From Acutalibacteraceae bacterium (GTDB taxonomy: Bacteria; Bacillota; Clostridia; Oscillospirales; Acutalibacteraceae), in assembly GCA_050947015.1 (NCBI GenBank), contig JBMNVT010000006.1, forward strand, positions 40,595-104,594: a stretch of DNA of 64,000 nucleotides. Direction: 5' to 3'. Positions 10,054 to 19,225 of this stretch are shown in pieces. The notes under the pieces are model-generated. The model was not told the DNA's origin, did not search any database, and worked only from the letters and a program-made list of their open reading frames with translations. The position numbers and the translations under genes were made by a program. Position 1 is the stretch's first letter. Every line of letters starts with the position of its first letter.

Positions 10054-12297
10054 TTACTCCGGCTGTCGGTTTACTGCCGTATGCTTTATGGCATAGTCAC
10101 GCGGCGTAATCCCCTCATACCTTAGGAAAGCCCGACGAAAAGAGAGGTCGTTTTCATAACCGACCCTTCTGGCAACTTCAGCGACATTACATTTTTCGTG
10201 CCGAAAGATTTCTTTCGCTTTTTCCATGCGGATTCTGCACAGATAATCGTAAAAACAAATTTTTGCCGTGCTTTTGAACGTTCGCGAAACCGCGGAAGCA
10301 GAAAGCTCAAATTCCCGGCTCAGATCTTTCAGAGAAAGAGCGCAGTCATGGTAATTCTGTTCCACATACATCAACATTCGGCGTCCAATACTGCCCGCAG
10401 AACCGTTTTCGTCAGAGTACGAAGACCTTCGGCAAACCACTTGCGTCAGGGTATGCAGATATTGCCACTGCTTTTTATCTGTATATTGGGTAAGGTTTTC
10501 TTCAAATTCACGCTCCGGCTCTATCGTGTCCATCCCAAGTTCATCCATAACACGAACAATCGTTTCAAAAATGAGCGAAGTAACCTTAATCTTAGTTCCC
10601 TGAGAGAGGCCCCTTGCAATATTTTCGGCTCGAAGTTCACAAATAATTTTAAGCGCCGTTTCTTCGTTGCCGACTTTTAAGGAGTTAATCAGCTGAATTT
10701 CCCAATCCGTAGGGTAATAATAAGCGTTGTTTTTACCCGCAATAAAAACCTTCCGGCTGTCTCCCTCAAAAGATCCGCTGAGCAGGCATTCCTTTGCATT
10801 TTGAAACGACTTGCTGATTCCCACAAGGTGATCTTCCGCCGTTCCGCAGCAAATGGTAATCTGTCTTCCGGTCTGTTCCTGAATGCTCCGCTGCATCAGA
10901 AGCACCGATTGGTGCATTTCGTCGTCGCTTCTGCCGTCATCACATAGAATAAAGGCATTCTCCGTAGCCGAGAGTTCAATACATTCCACACCGCTATATT
11001 GTTTTTCCATATAAGTCTGGAGCGCCAATAACACCTGCAGATTTTCGCTGTTTGCCACGTCGGATTCCCCTGTCAGACCGCAGAGCACCACACGGAATTT
11101 CTGCCCGTCTTGATAAGGAATCTTGTAATTTTCCAGCGCCTGCCGCACGTTTTCTTCTATAAAATAACCGCGCAGCAAACCTAAGAGGAAATTGCCTTTT
11201 GCCGCACCGTAATATAATTGTTTCTGCCGTTCTATTTCCTTTTTTTCATTTTCCAGTTTTTGAAAGAACCCTTCGATCCCCGCAAACTCGTCCTGCTTGA
11301 CGGTTTCTGTTTGGCGCATCAGTTTTGCAATGGGCCGGTAACTGATTCGTGTCAGCAGATAGGACGCCACAACCGCCAGCAAAAAAGACAGCACGATCGC
11401 CAAAATGAAAAGAAGAGTCAGGCTTTTCAGTTCTGTCCCACTGTCTGACTCCAGATGAATTTCATATTCGCACCGATAACTCTGTGAACGAAGCCGGATA
11501 ACCACCCCCTGATTCCGAACCGAATTCTGATCGGTACCGGATTCTTCATATGTATACAAAACCGCGCCGTCCTGTAAAATCGAAAAGCTGATGAGCTTTC
11601 CCGGTTTAATCTTTCGAATATAATTATCCATCATATTATTATTAATCAAAATCAACAGTGAAGCACGCGAACTGGGAGAGATATAATCTACGCCCTGAAC
11701 AATCGCCATTGTATACGGGTATTTCTGCGAAACCTTGAACGACTGCAGACTGATAAATTCAAAATATTGGGGTTTCGCCAGTTGCTCCTGCAGCAGCGTT
11801 CGATCGGCAGAGTCCTTGATACCGATCAAACTCATGATGTTAGCTGTTTTATTCCAGCCCGGCGAGCTGACCATTTCATCTCTCTGCGGCAACGCAAGAG
11901 CAATCGTGTCGGCTACCCCTGCCGTTGCGGAATAGCGCCGCAATTCACGGGCAATCTCCTGTTTTGTGCTGACGGTAAAAAATTCATCGTAATACGGTCC
12001 TATTGAAATGGCATGGGAATACCACGTCGTATTGCGAATCTGAATTCCTATTGTTTTGATTTCATCAAACTTTCGGTCAAAGGTTCTCCGCATTACCTCC
12101 GCCCATTCTGAGTATTCCTCCTGTCTTTTGTCCTCAACCTTGACGCATATTTGTCGATAAAATATTCCGCCAAAAACAGAAATGATCAACCCAATTACGA
12201 TAAAATAAGAAAAGAATACTTTCCGAAAAAAAGAACGTTTTAATAGAAACATATGCTTTCTCCTATCTTTAACCAAAACAGCCTCTTTCGATTGCAA
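10054..12297 (-). CDS. Membrane-anchored AraC-family transcriptional regulator with an extracytoplasmic sensor domain (YesS/YtdP-like, 747 aa).
   Basis: Two TM helices (FFSYFIVIGLIISVFGGIF and LTLLFILAIVLSFLLAVVASYLLT) flank a roughly 270-aa extracellular domain. C-terminal AraC HTH: LSLKDLSREFELSASAVSRTFK...VAEVARRVGYENDLSFRRAFLRYEGITPRDY. Confidence 0.85.
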   Translation of the reverse strand: MQSKEAVLVKDRRKHMFLLKRSFFRKVFFSYFIVIGLIISVFGGIFYRQICVKVEDKRQEEYSEWAEVMRRTFDRKFDEIKTIGIQIRNTTWYSHAISIGPYYDEFFTVSTKQEIARELRRYSATAGVADTIALALPQRDEMVSSPGWNKTANIMSLIGIKDSADRTLLQEQLAKPQYFEFISLQSFKVSQKYPYTMAIVQGVDYISPSSRASLLILINNNMMDNYIRKIKPGKLISFSILQDGAVLYTYEESGTDQNSVRNQGVVIRLRSQSYRCEYEIHLESDSGTELKSLTLLFILAIVLSFLLAVVASYLLTRISYRPIAKLMRQTETVKQDEFAGIEGFFQKLENEKKEIERQKQLYYGAAKGNFLLGLLRGYFIEENVRQALENYKIPYQDGQKFRVVLCGLTGESDVANSENLQVLLALQTYMEKQYSGVECIELSATENAFILCDDGRSDDEMHQSVLLMQRSIQEQTGRQITICCGTAEDHLVGISKSFQNAKECLLSGSFEGDSRKVFIAGKNNAYYYPTDWEIQLINSLKVGNEETALKIICELRAENIARGLSQGTKIKVTSLIFETIVRVMDELGMDTIEPEREFEENLTQYTDKKQWQYLHTLTQVVCRRSSYSDENGSAGSIGRRMLMYVEQNYHDCALSLKDLSREFELSASAVSRTFKSTAKICFYDYLCRIRMEKAKEIFRHEKCNVAEVARRVGYENDLSFRRAFLRYEGITPRDYAIKHTAVNRQPE

Positions 12298-12501
12298 AGG
12301 TAATTAACAAAGCACTGCAGGCGCCCTCTGTTTTCATTATTTTAGAATATTATACCATTAACTTTGCCGCAAATAAAAGTATTTTATGAAAAGATTTTAG
12401 AAAAAAAGACATCGATTTAATATCTTTTGCTTGACAATTAACACATAGAGTGGCAAAATTGTTTCGATCCATAATACCGCCCGGGAGCGAAACTGAGGAG
12501 G

Positions 12502-13296
12502 ATGGTTGTGAGCAAAGAAAACTTCAGATTTCAGGCACATCGTGGTGACAGCGCATTCTTTCCGGAAAACACTATTACTGCATATAAAGCCGCTGTAGAT
12601 CAGGGATATCAGGTCGTTGAGATGGATACAAAATTTACATCCGACAACGTCTGTATCTGCCTGCATGACGACACATACAACCGTACCTGCCGCTTTGACG
12701 ATGGCTCTGCTTTTGCCGAAAAAATACCGGCCGAGGCACTGACTCTTGAACAAGCCAAAGCACTCGATGCCGGTATGTTCAAGGATGAACGATTCCGCGG
12801 CACCAGAATCCCCACACTCGCTGAGGCATTGGCTTTTCTCAAGGATAAGAATGTAACAGTAAAAATGGATAATATTTTTCAGGGATTCACCCAGGAAAGA
12901 TTTGAGATTTTCTGCGATACCATTGCTTCCGCTGATATGGAAGACCGTATCGCTTTTACCTGCAAAACTTTGCCTTACTTTACCTATCTTACAAAGAGGT
13001 TTCCAAAAGCTGAAATGCATTACGACGGAAGCCTCACCCCCGAAGCGCTGAATATTACCTCCGCGCTTGCAGCCCACCGACTCACCCTCTGGGTTCCCTA
13101 CGATAATCCATCCACCGCGTGGTTTAAGGGACGCAAGGCTGACGCTGAATTCTGCCGTGAACTTCATCGGTACGGCAAGGTGGGCATCTGGCTCATTTCC
13201 GAGGTTGAAGAGCTTCGCGTCGCCGTTAACGAATTCTGCGCTGATATCATCGAAACCAACGGTACGCTGAAGCCTGATGCTCTCAAGCTGATCTGA
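12502..13296 (+). CDS. Glycerophosphodiester phosphodiesterase (GDPD family).
   Basis: HRGDSAFFPENT and EMDTKFTSD motifs (GP-PDE HR(G)...E.D). The true start is probably GTG 12508, which lies 7 nt after GGAGGA. The ATG at 12502 directly abuts the RBS. Confidence 0.8.
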   Translation: MVVSKENFRFQAHRGDSAFFPENTITAYKAAVDQGYQVVEMDTKFTSDNVCICLHDDTYNRTCRFDDGSAFAEKIPAEALTLEQAKALDAGMFKDERFRGTRIPTLAEALAFLKDKNVTVKMDNIFQGFTQERFEIFCDTIASADMEDRIAFTCKTLPYFTYLTKRFPKAEMHYDGSLTPEALNITSALAAHRLTLWVPYDNPSTAWFKGRKADAEFCRELHRYGKVGIWLISEVEELRVAVNEFCADIIETNGTLKPDALKLI

Positions 13297-13623
13297 ACTC
13301 AACAAAATTGTATTATTTGTGGAGAGCATTTTACTCGTCAGGCCCTCTGCTTCTTTACTATATAGAAAATATTTTCAGTATATTTTTTACGATAGACGCT
13401 CCGTCAGAAAAGCCTTAATATTTCGCCTCAAAGTATTTCTGCCAGCACTGTTGTAAAAACATTCCGGCCGGATCGTTTCATTTCACAGCCTGACATTCAT
13501 ACGGCTTTTTTTGACAAACTATCTCCTTTCGTTTGCTGTTTTGAAGGCTTTATGATAAAGTAAAAATACGGAACAGCCGCTTTTAACACAGCGGAAAATT
13601 CAAGGACAGAGAAGGGATTTTAC

Positions 13624-14331
13624 ATGAATGCAGCCGGTAAAATCACAATCCGCTATCTACAGTATTACCTTGCCCAAAAGGATTGCAACCGGGAAGACCC
13701 CGACGCTTATTCCTTAAAGTTGGCGGAAGAGATCGGCGAGTTGGCACACGTTTTTGCAAGAGAGGTTCCGCCCGCGACCGAAAGCTCATTCAAGGGTTCC
13801 GCCGAAGAGGAATTGTGGGACGTGCTGTACTATACACTTTGTATTGCCAACCTTCACCATATCGATCTGGAGCTGTGGATTTTACGAAAAGATCATTACT
13901 ATGCCCAGTTGCATTCCGGCTACAGGCTTTTACAGCCGGACGTTCCACCGGAATCAGAGGCTTCGCGCCGGGGCTGTCTGACTGTAAAAGGCTTACAGCT
14001 TCATTTTTTACAACGCGCCGCCGACCCGCGCGGCATTCTATTTTATTTCTGCAAGCTTTGCGAAGAAATGGGAGAATTAATTCGAGTTTTGGTTCGCGGC
14101 CACGCCCCGGCCTGTGAAGAAAAATTTTTGGGCTCCACTGAGGATGCTCTGAGCGATGTAGTTTCGTATGTTATGATTCTGGCGGATCTGCGGCAAATTG
14201 ATTTGGAACGCTGGATCCCTTTTAAAGAAGCGTTGAATGCAAAAAAATGGAATCAACCGATTCCGTTTGACCCGGAAGGATGGCGCGGTGAAGAAAAAAA
14301 CACATACCCGCTCGTTGGATTTGCTGATTAA
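13624..14331 (+). CDS. Tandem-domain MazG-like nucleoside triphosphate pyrophosphohydrolase.
   Basis: Two repeated MazG cores: LKLAEEIGELAHVF...EELWDVLYYTLCIANLHHIDLE and LCEEMGELIRVL...ALSDVVSYVMILADLRQIDLE. Confidence 0.75.
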   Translation: MNAAGKITIRYLQYYLAQKDCNREDPDAYSLKLAEEIGELAHVFAREVPPATESSFKGSAEEELWDVLYYTLCIANLHHIDLELWILRKDHYYAQLHSGYRLLQPDVPPESEASRRGCLTVKGLQLHFLQRAADPRGILFYFCKLCEEMGELIRVLVRGHAPACEEKFLGSTEDALSDVVSYVMILADLRQIDLERWIPFKEALNAKKWNQPIPFDPEGWRGEEKNTYPLVGFAD

Positions 14332-14784
14332 AAAGGCTTCTTTTTTATCCAGAAAACGGAGGAACTCCATCTTCTGCTCCCGGTTCATTTCCTTCGGCTG
14401 ACAACCGATTTTATGAACGCCCTCATGAAATAAAAAATCTATAATCTGCGTAACATCATTTACAAAAATCTCTTTGGCCTCTTCACTGGAAGTGTTTCCT
14501 GCATCGCCCAGATCGTACTGATTATATCCTTTTAAATATTCTTCAAAGCGGATCGTCTCCGTAATGTCAAGATTCACGCATAATGAACCGATCACTTTTC
14601 CTTCATCGTTGTGAAAATAAACGGAAGAAGACCGAAATATTTTCCCATCCCGTGTATGCAGTACATAATTGAATCGGTTCCCGCCCTGATCCGTTCCGTT
14701 AAGAACCTCAAGCCCGAGGTTGGTTCCGCTGTCCCCAACCTTTCTGCCTGTAAGATAGCCATTGCGAATATCCACAATCGCCAA
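14077..14784 (-). CDS. YheO-like PAS-domain protein (DUF293 family). The C-terminal region is aberrant and probably disrupted.
   Basis: N-terminal region has the YheO signature ...IGSLCVNLDITETI... The last roughly 85 codons overlap the MazG CDS in antisense, are low-complexity, and contain no HTH. The expected HTH does not appear in any frame after the poly-T run near 14370. Confidence 0.5.
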   Translation of the reverse strand: MAIVDIRNGYLTGRKVGDSGTNLGLEVLNGTDQGGNRFNYVLHTRDGKIFRSSSVYFHNDEGKVIGSLCVNLDITETIRFEEYLKGYNQYDLGDAGNTSSEEAKEIFVNDVTQIIDFLFHEGVHKIGCQPKEMNREQKMEFLRFLDKKEAFLISKSNERVCVFFFTAPSFRVKRNRLIPFFCIQRFFKRDPAFQINLPQIRQNHNIRNYIAQSILSGAQKFFFTGRGVAANQNSN

Positions 14785-15579
14785 GGCTCAGCTGCAGTCG
14801 GGCAAGCTCAACGCTGCGGTGTGTTTTGGTATGAGGAAGATGCGCAAAGGGTATTACCTGCGCCAAGCTTGGCGAAGCCGAAATTATGTCAGATGCCGGA
14901 ATTTCGGATATTTTTATCTGCTATCCGCTGATTGGCCCGGAAAAGCTTGCGCGACTGGGAAAACTGCTGATGAAAGCAGAAATTTCCGCCCTCATTAACA
15001 GCTTTGAAGGTGCCAAAGGTCTTTCGGAACTGGGCGTTTCCCTTGGCAGAGTTATCCCCCGTGCGCATTAACTTGGACGGCGGTCTGATTTATCACGAAA
15101 AAGACCGCGCAGGCATGGAAGCCGTCGTGCGACAGGAACGAAGAGATCTGTTGGAAACGGCAGCGCTGCTGCGGGCAAACGGGTTTACCATCGACGTTCT
15201 TTCCGGCGGCACGTCGTTTTCCGGCAAAATGCCGGAACTGCTGGACGGAATCACCGAGATCCGCTCCGGCCACTACATCTTTAACGACTGCGGTCAGCTC
15301 TTTTCCGGATTCGCTATGGAAAACTGGCGCCGCGGGATCCATAAAGCGACCGCTCTGATCGAAAAAGCCAGAGCCGAAGGTCAGGATGTGACCTGCGATT
15401 TTTACCCGTATGAAGGCGGCTCCACCGCGCTGACGACTATGCTGTCTCCCAACTTTGCCAAACTGACTGCGCTGGCTTCGGGTCTTGATTCTGTTTTTGT
15501 TAACGGAATTCTTGTGCGGCAAAACGACAGGCAGGTCTGCACTTCTGCCGGTCTTCCCCTCGTTTTTTCAGATAATTGA
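14762..15579 (+). pseudogene. Debris of a D-amino-acid metabolism locus. It holds frameshifted fragments of a DSD1/alanine-racemase-fold PLP enzyme joined to a C-terminal fragment of an N-acyl-D-amino-acid deacylase (D-aminoacylase).
   Basis: Three different frames carry consecutive pieces: IAKAQLQSGKLNAAV, then GITCAKLGEAEIMSDAGISDIFICYPLIGPEKLARL, then TIDVLSGGTS...EIRSGHYIFNDCGQ (all DSD1-like). This is followed by ALIEKARAEGQDVTCDFYPYEGGSTALTTMLSP (D-aminoacylase C-terminus). No intact ORF is present. Confidence 0.55.
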
Positions 15580-15611
15580 GCTTTTCCTGAATTCAGAAAG
15601 GCAGAACGCAT

Positions 15612-15797
15612 ATGAAACGATTCGAAGTTTATGGTTCACCTGTCGGTTTTCTCCGCATGGAATATGAAAACGGCAGAATCATCTCCCTGCAAAGGATTTC
15701 AGTTCTTCTTTTACCGGCAGAATTCAGCAGGCATCTTCCCGGGATGCAAACCTACAATCTTCCGGGGATGCAAAGCTTGCAATCCGTTGCGAGATGA
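15612..15797 (+). pseudogene. N-terminal fragment of an O6-alkylguanine-DNA alkyltransferase (Ogt/Ada N-terminal domain) lacking the PCHRV catalytic part.
   Basis: MKRFEVYGSPVGFLRMEYENGRIISLQ resembles the Ogt N-terminal domain. The ORF is only 61 aa and has no active-site motif. Confidence 0.35.
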
Positions 15798-15815
15798 TCT
15801 CCGCTGTGATATAAT
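15787..15815 (+). promoter_or_regulatory. Sigma-A type promoter (extended -10) for the PocR-AraC gene.
   Basis: TTGCGA, then 17 nt, then TGaTATAAT (-10 at 15810-15815, TG at 15807-15808). Confidence 0.5.
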
Positions 15816-15863
15816 GAAAGCTACCAATTCCGCAGAACGAAATCTTCCGCGAAGAAAGGAAGA

Positions 15864-17171
15864 ATGGCAATGTCGAATCCCGTTGACCCGATGCAATTCG
15901 ATGAAAAACTTGCAAAGGAATGCGCGGCGGCGTTTTCCGGCGCAACCGGATTGGGATGCACCGTCTGCTCTTGCGGCGGTACCGTTCTGTTCAGCCATGG
16001 CTACAGCTGTGCGCAGTGCCGGATGTGTGCCGCAGCAGGGCTTGCTCGCGAGGACTGCGAACAGTCGCAGCTTTACGGCATGGGTGAGGCTGAACGCTTC
16101 GGCGGCAAATACATTTACTTCTGCCGCATGGGTCTGACCTGCTTTGTCTCCCCGATTGCCGGGGAAAGCGGCTCCGCCGCGCGGATTACGGTCGGCCCGT
16201 TTCTGATGGTTGACCCGCAGGATTTCATCGCCTGCGACCTGTGCGAATGTCTGCATCTGTCCGGCGACACGCTTTTGGCTGCAACAGAAGAGCTGCTCCG
16301 AGTTCCCCTTGTTCCCGCCGAAAAGGTCAATTCGCTTTCTACGCTGCTCTTTCTGGCGGTGGGGTTTATGAACCACGTTTCTGCTGCCAACCGTATGATG
16401 GAAACACAGGAATCCGGCTCGATTCAAGGGCAGATCAATTCTTATATTCTTCAGCTGAAAAATTCCGGACAGCCCGTTTTGTATCCGTTTGACACGGAAC
16501 GGGAACTGCTGAATGCTGTAGCTCACGGGGAACGCGCGGAAGCGCAGAGGCTTTTAAACGAGCTGCTTGGGCATATCTTTTTTGCCGCTGGCGGAAGCCT
16601 TGAAGAAATCAAAGCCCGTATCTACGAATTGCTGGTGCTGGTTTCCCGCCGCACCATCGACGTTGGCGCCGACCCGGAAAGCACTCTGAAACTGAGCCGC
16701 GAATTTCTTCAGACAATTCCTGAGATCCCGGACGCCAACGCGCTTTGCCTCTGGCTCAGCGGTGTTCTGAACCGCCTGATGGATGGCACCTTCCGCTTTG
16801 CCGACGCAAAGCACGCCGATTTGATGCACAAAACGCTGCAATATCTGTACGCACATTATGCCGAACGGATTACTATGGAGGAAATGGCGCGCCGGGTTTA
16901 TCTTTCTCCTGCCTATTTCAGCCGCGTCTTCAAACAGGAGACCGGCGAAACTTTCAACAACTGCCTGAACCGTATCCGAATTGAAAAAAGCAAGGAACTT
17001 TTGCTGCACCAGAACCTGCGGCTGACGGATATTGCACAGCTGACCGGATTCGAGGATCAGAGCTATTTTACAAAGGTTTTTCGTCGAATTACCGGCGTTC
17101 CCCCGCTAAAATTTCGCGAAAACAAAGGAATTCCGCAAAAAAAAGCGCAGACGGAAGAGATTCATTCCTGA
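15864..17171 (+). CDS. AraC-family transcriptional regulator with an N-terminal PocR ligand-sensing domain.
   Basis: The N-terminus is cysteine-rich and PocR-like (TGLGCTVCSCGGTVLF...CAQCRMCAAAG). C-terminal AraC HTH: MEEMARRVYLSPAYFSRVFKQETGETF...LTDIAQLTGFEDQSYFTKVFRRITG. Confidence 0.8.
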   Translation: MAMSNPVDPMQFDEKLAKECAAAFSGATGLGCTVCSCGGTVLFSHGYSCAQCRMCAAAGLAREDCEQSQLYGMGEAERFGGKYIYFCRMGLTCFVSPIAGESGSAARITVGPFLMVDPQDFIACDLCECLHLSGDTLLAATEELLRVPLVPAEKVNSLSTLLFLAVGFMNHVSAANRMMETQESGSIQGQINSYILQLKNSGQPVLYPFDTERELLNAVAHGERAEAQRLLNELLGHIFFAAGGSLEEIKARIYELLVLVSRRTIDVGADPESTLKLSREFLQTIPEIPDANALCLWLSGVLNRLMDGTFRFADAKHADLMHKTLQYLYAHYAERITMEEMARRVYLSPAYFSRVFKQETGETFNNCLNRIRIEKSKELLLHQNLRLTDIAQLTGFEDQSYFTKVFRRITGVPPLKFRENKGIPQKKAQTEEIHS

Positions 17172-17237
17172 CACGCGAACCGGACACAAATTGCCGCATA
17201 GTAAAAAGAAGGTTGAAAATCCTGTAACTATTCACAA

Positions 17238-17267
17238 TTGACGCAAAGCTGCCGCTGGTGCTAAAAT
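17238..17267 (+). promoter_or_regulatory. Putative sigma-A promoter driving the L-box leader.
   Basis: TTGACG, then 18 nt, then TAAAAT. It lies about 15 nt upstream of the riboswitch 5' end. Confidence 0.4.
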
Positions 17268-17282
17268 AAAACATACATAAGA

Positions 17283-17442
17283 ACAGATAGAGGCGCGAAA
17301 AGGATGAGTCCCTGCGGCAAAGGACGGCAAGCCGCCGCAGAAAAAGGCCGATTCGCCGAAACCGCTTCCGGTTGCCGCCGGAAATCCGGTTGGGCCGCTG
17401 CAGAAGATGCCGCGGACTGTCACGCAAGTGGAGAGCTATCAT
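17283..17442 (+). ncRNA. Lysine riboswitch (L-box) aptamer.
   Basis: 5' AGATAGAGGCGCGAAA matches B. subtilis lysC AGATAGAGGTGCGAAC. The internal GGCCGATTCGCCGAAA matches GGGGAGCGTCGCCGAAG. The 3' CTGTCACGCAAGTGGAGAGCTATC matches CTGTCAAGAAATC...GGAGGGCTATC. Confidence 0.8.
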
Positions 17443-17449
17443 CCAAACA

Positions 17450-17490
17450 GATTCAGATGCTTTTCCGTTTGTAAGAGCATCTGTTTTTTA
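17450..17490 (+). terminator. Intrinsic terminator, the expression platform of the lysine riboswitch.
   Basis: CAGATGCTTTT-ccgtttgt-AAGAGCATCTG hairpin followed by TTTTTTA, about 80 nt upstream of the transporter start. Confidence 0.75.
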
Positions 17491-17571
17491 TGCAGAAAAA
17501 AGAGGATGAAAGCGGTTCCCTGCCAACCGTTTTCGCAAAAGAAAGGATGCTTTGTTGTGGGAGATCTCTCA

Positions 17572-19107
17572 ATGATTAACACGGGCTGGGTTTCCATCCT
17601 CCCGCCGTTGATCGCCATTGTTCTGGCGCTGATTTCCAAGGAAGTTTATTCCTCACTGGTGGTCGGCATTTTGTCCGGCATGCTGATTTACAGCTTCTGC
17701 GGCGGTGGAAACGTGATTGATGCAATTGCAAACGTGCCGCGTATGATGGCCGCACAGCTTGGCAACAACGGGGGAATGATTCTGTTCCTGGCTCTGCTGG
17801 GCGCACTGGTCTCCGTCGTCACCATTGCCGGCGGTTCCCGCGCTTACGGCAACTGGGCGCGCAAAAAAATCAAATCCGTTCATGGCGCCAAGCTGCTCAC
17901 CTGCCTGCTCGGTATCGTCATTTTTATCGACGATTATTTTAACTGCCTGACCGTCGGAACGGTGATGCGCCCCGTAACAGACAAATTTGGCATTTCGCGT
18001 GCAAAACTTTCTTATCTGATCGATGCCACCGCCGCACCGATCTGTATTATTGCGCCGATCTCCAGCTGGGCGGTCGCTGTTGCCGGCAATATCGGTCTGG
18101 ACAACAGCTTTTCGCTGTTTGTACAGTCCATTCCCTACAATCTTTACGCGCTGCTCACCATCGGGATGGTGCTGGTGATCTGCCTGACCAATTTTGACTT
18201 TGGCCCCATGAAAAAAGCAGAAGAAGAAGCCAAGCGTCAACTGGAAGAAAGCTCTGACGACGAGGAAGTGGATTTTGACGGAATCAAACCCTCTAAAAAC
18301 GGGCGTGTTCTTGATCTTGTAATCCCGATCCTCGTTCTGATCGTCTTCTCCATTCTCGGCATGGCATATGTCGGCGGCTTTTTCAACGGCGGCATTGGCT
18401 TTTCCGAAGCGATTGGCGAAGACCCGATCATCGGTCTTTCCATCGGCGCGTTCTGCGCACTGCTGGTGGCCGCACTGCTTTACATTCCGCGCAAAACGAT
18501 TTTATTCCGCGATTTTATGGACGGCGTTGTCAAAGGCGTAAAGTCCATGGTTCCTGCCATTATGATCCTGACGCTTGCCTGGTCGCTCAGCGGAATATGC
18601 CGTGATATGATCGGCACCGGACCGTTTGTGGCTAATCTGGTTTCCCAAATGGCTAACTCTTCCGGAAATCTGGTATTCTGCCTGCTGCCCGCAATCGTCT
18701 TTGCGCTGGCAGCGTTCCTCTCCTTTTCTATGGGGACAGCCTGGGGCACCTTCGGCATTTTGCTGCCAATCGTTATCCCGATTTGCACAGCGATTCCTGC
18801 CGGGATGTCTGTTCTGCTGCCGACCATCGGCGCAACATTGGCCGGATCTGTTTACGGCGATCACTGCTCTCCGATTTCTGACACGACGATTCTTTCCTCT
18901 ACCGGCGCCAAATGCAAACATCTGCTGCATGTTTCCACGCAGATCCCATATGCCACCTTTGTCGCTGCAATCTGCTTTGTTGGGTATCTTGTAGCCGGTT
19001 TGTGTGAAAACGCCTGGCTGCCGCTTCTGGTCAGCCTCGCGCTTCTCTTCGGCGCCATGTTCCTGATTTCCCGGGTACAGAAAAAGGGCGCAAAAACCGC
19101 AGGCTAA
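17572..19107 (+). CDS. NhaC-family membrane transporter, predicted lysine transporter (LysW-type).
   Basis: The NhaC signature [40 protein letters not shown] is present. Start at ATG 17572 (MINTGWVS), preceded by GGGAG. The six-frame ORF start at 17407 runs through the riboswitch. Confidence 0.85.
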   Translation: MINTGWVSILPPLIAIVLALISKEVYSSLVVGILSGMLIYSFCGGGNVIDAIANVPRMMAAQLGNNGGMILFLALLGALVSVVTIAGGSRAYGNWARKKIKSVHGAKLLTCLLGIVIFIDDYFNCLTVGTVMRPVTDKFGISRAKLSYLIDATAAPICIIAPISSWAVAVAGNIGLDNSFSLFVQSIPYNLYALLTIGMVLVICLTNFDFGPMKKAEEEAKRQLEESSDDEEVDFDGIKPSKNGRVLDLVIPILVLIVFSILGMAYVGGFFNGGIGFSEAIGEDPIIGLSIGAFCALLVAALLYIPRKTILFRDFMDGVVKGVKSMVPAIMILTLAWSLSGICRDMIGTGPFVANLVSQMANSSGNLVFCLLPAIVFALAAFLSFSMGTAWGTFGILLPIVIPICTAIPAGMSVLLPTIGATLAGSVYGDHCSPISDTTILSSTGAKCKHLLHVSTQIPYATFVAAICFVGYLVAGLCENAWLPLLVSLALLFGAMFLISRVQKKGAKTAG

Positions 19108-19151
19108 ACCGGAAAACAAACGGGGAGCACAGCCTTCTCAAAAACAAACAA

Positions 19152-19192
19152 CGGCGGAACTTGCGCCCTGCGTGCGTTTCCGCCGTTTTGCT
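19152..19192 (+). terminator. Intrinsic terminator after the NhaC-family gene.
   Basis: CGGCGGAA...TTCCGCCG hairpin followed by TTTTG. Confidence 0.6.
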
Positions 19193-19196
19193 TTGC

Positions 19197-19225
19197 TTGA
19201 CAATCTCTTCCGCTGCCGCTATAAT
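19197..19225 (+). promoter_or_regulatory. Consensus sigma-A promoter of trpS.
   Basis: TTGACA (19197-19202), then 17 nt, then TATAAT (19220-19225). Confidence 0.65.
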
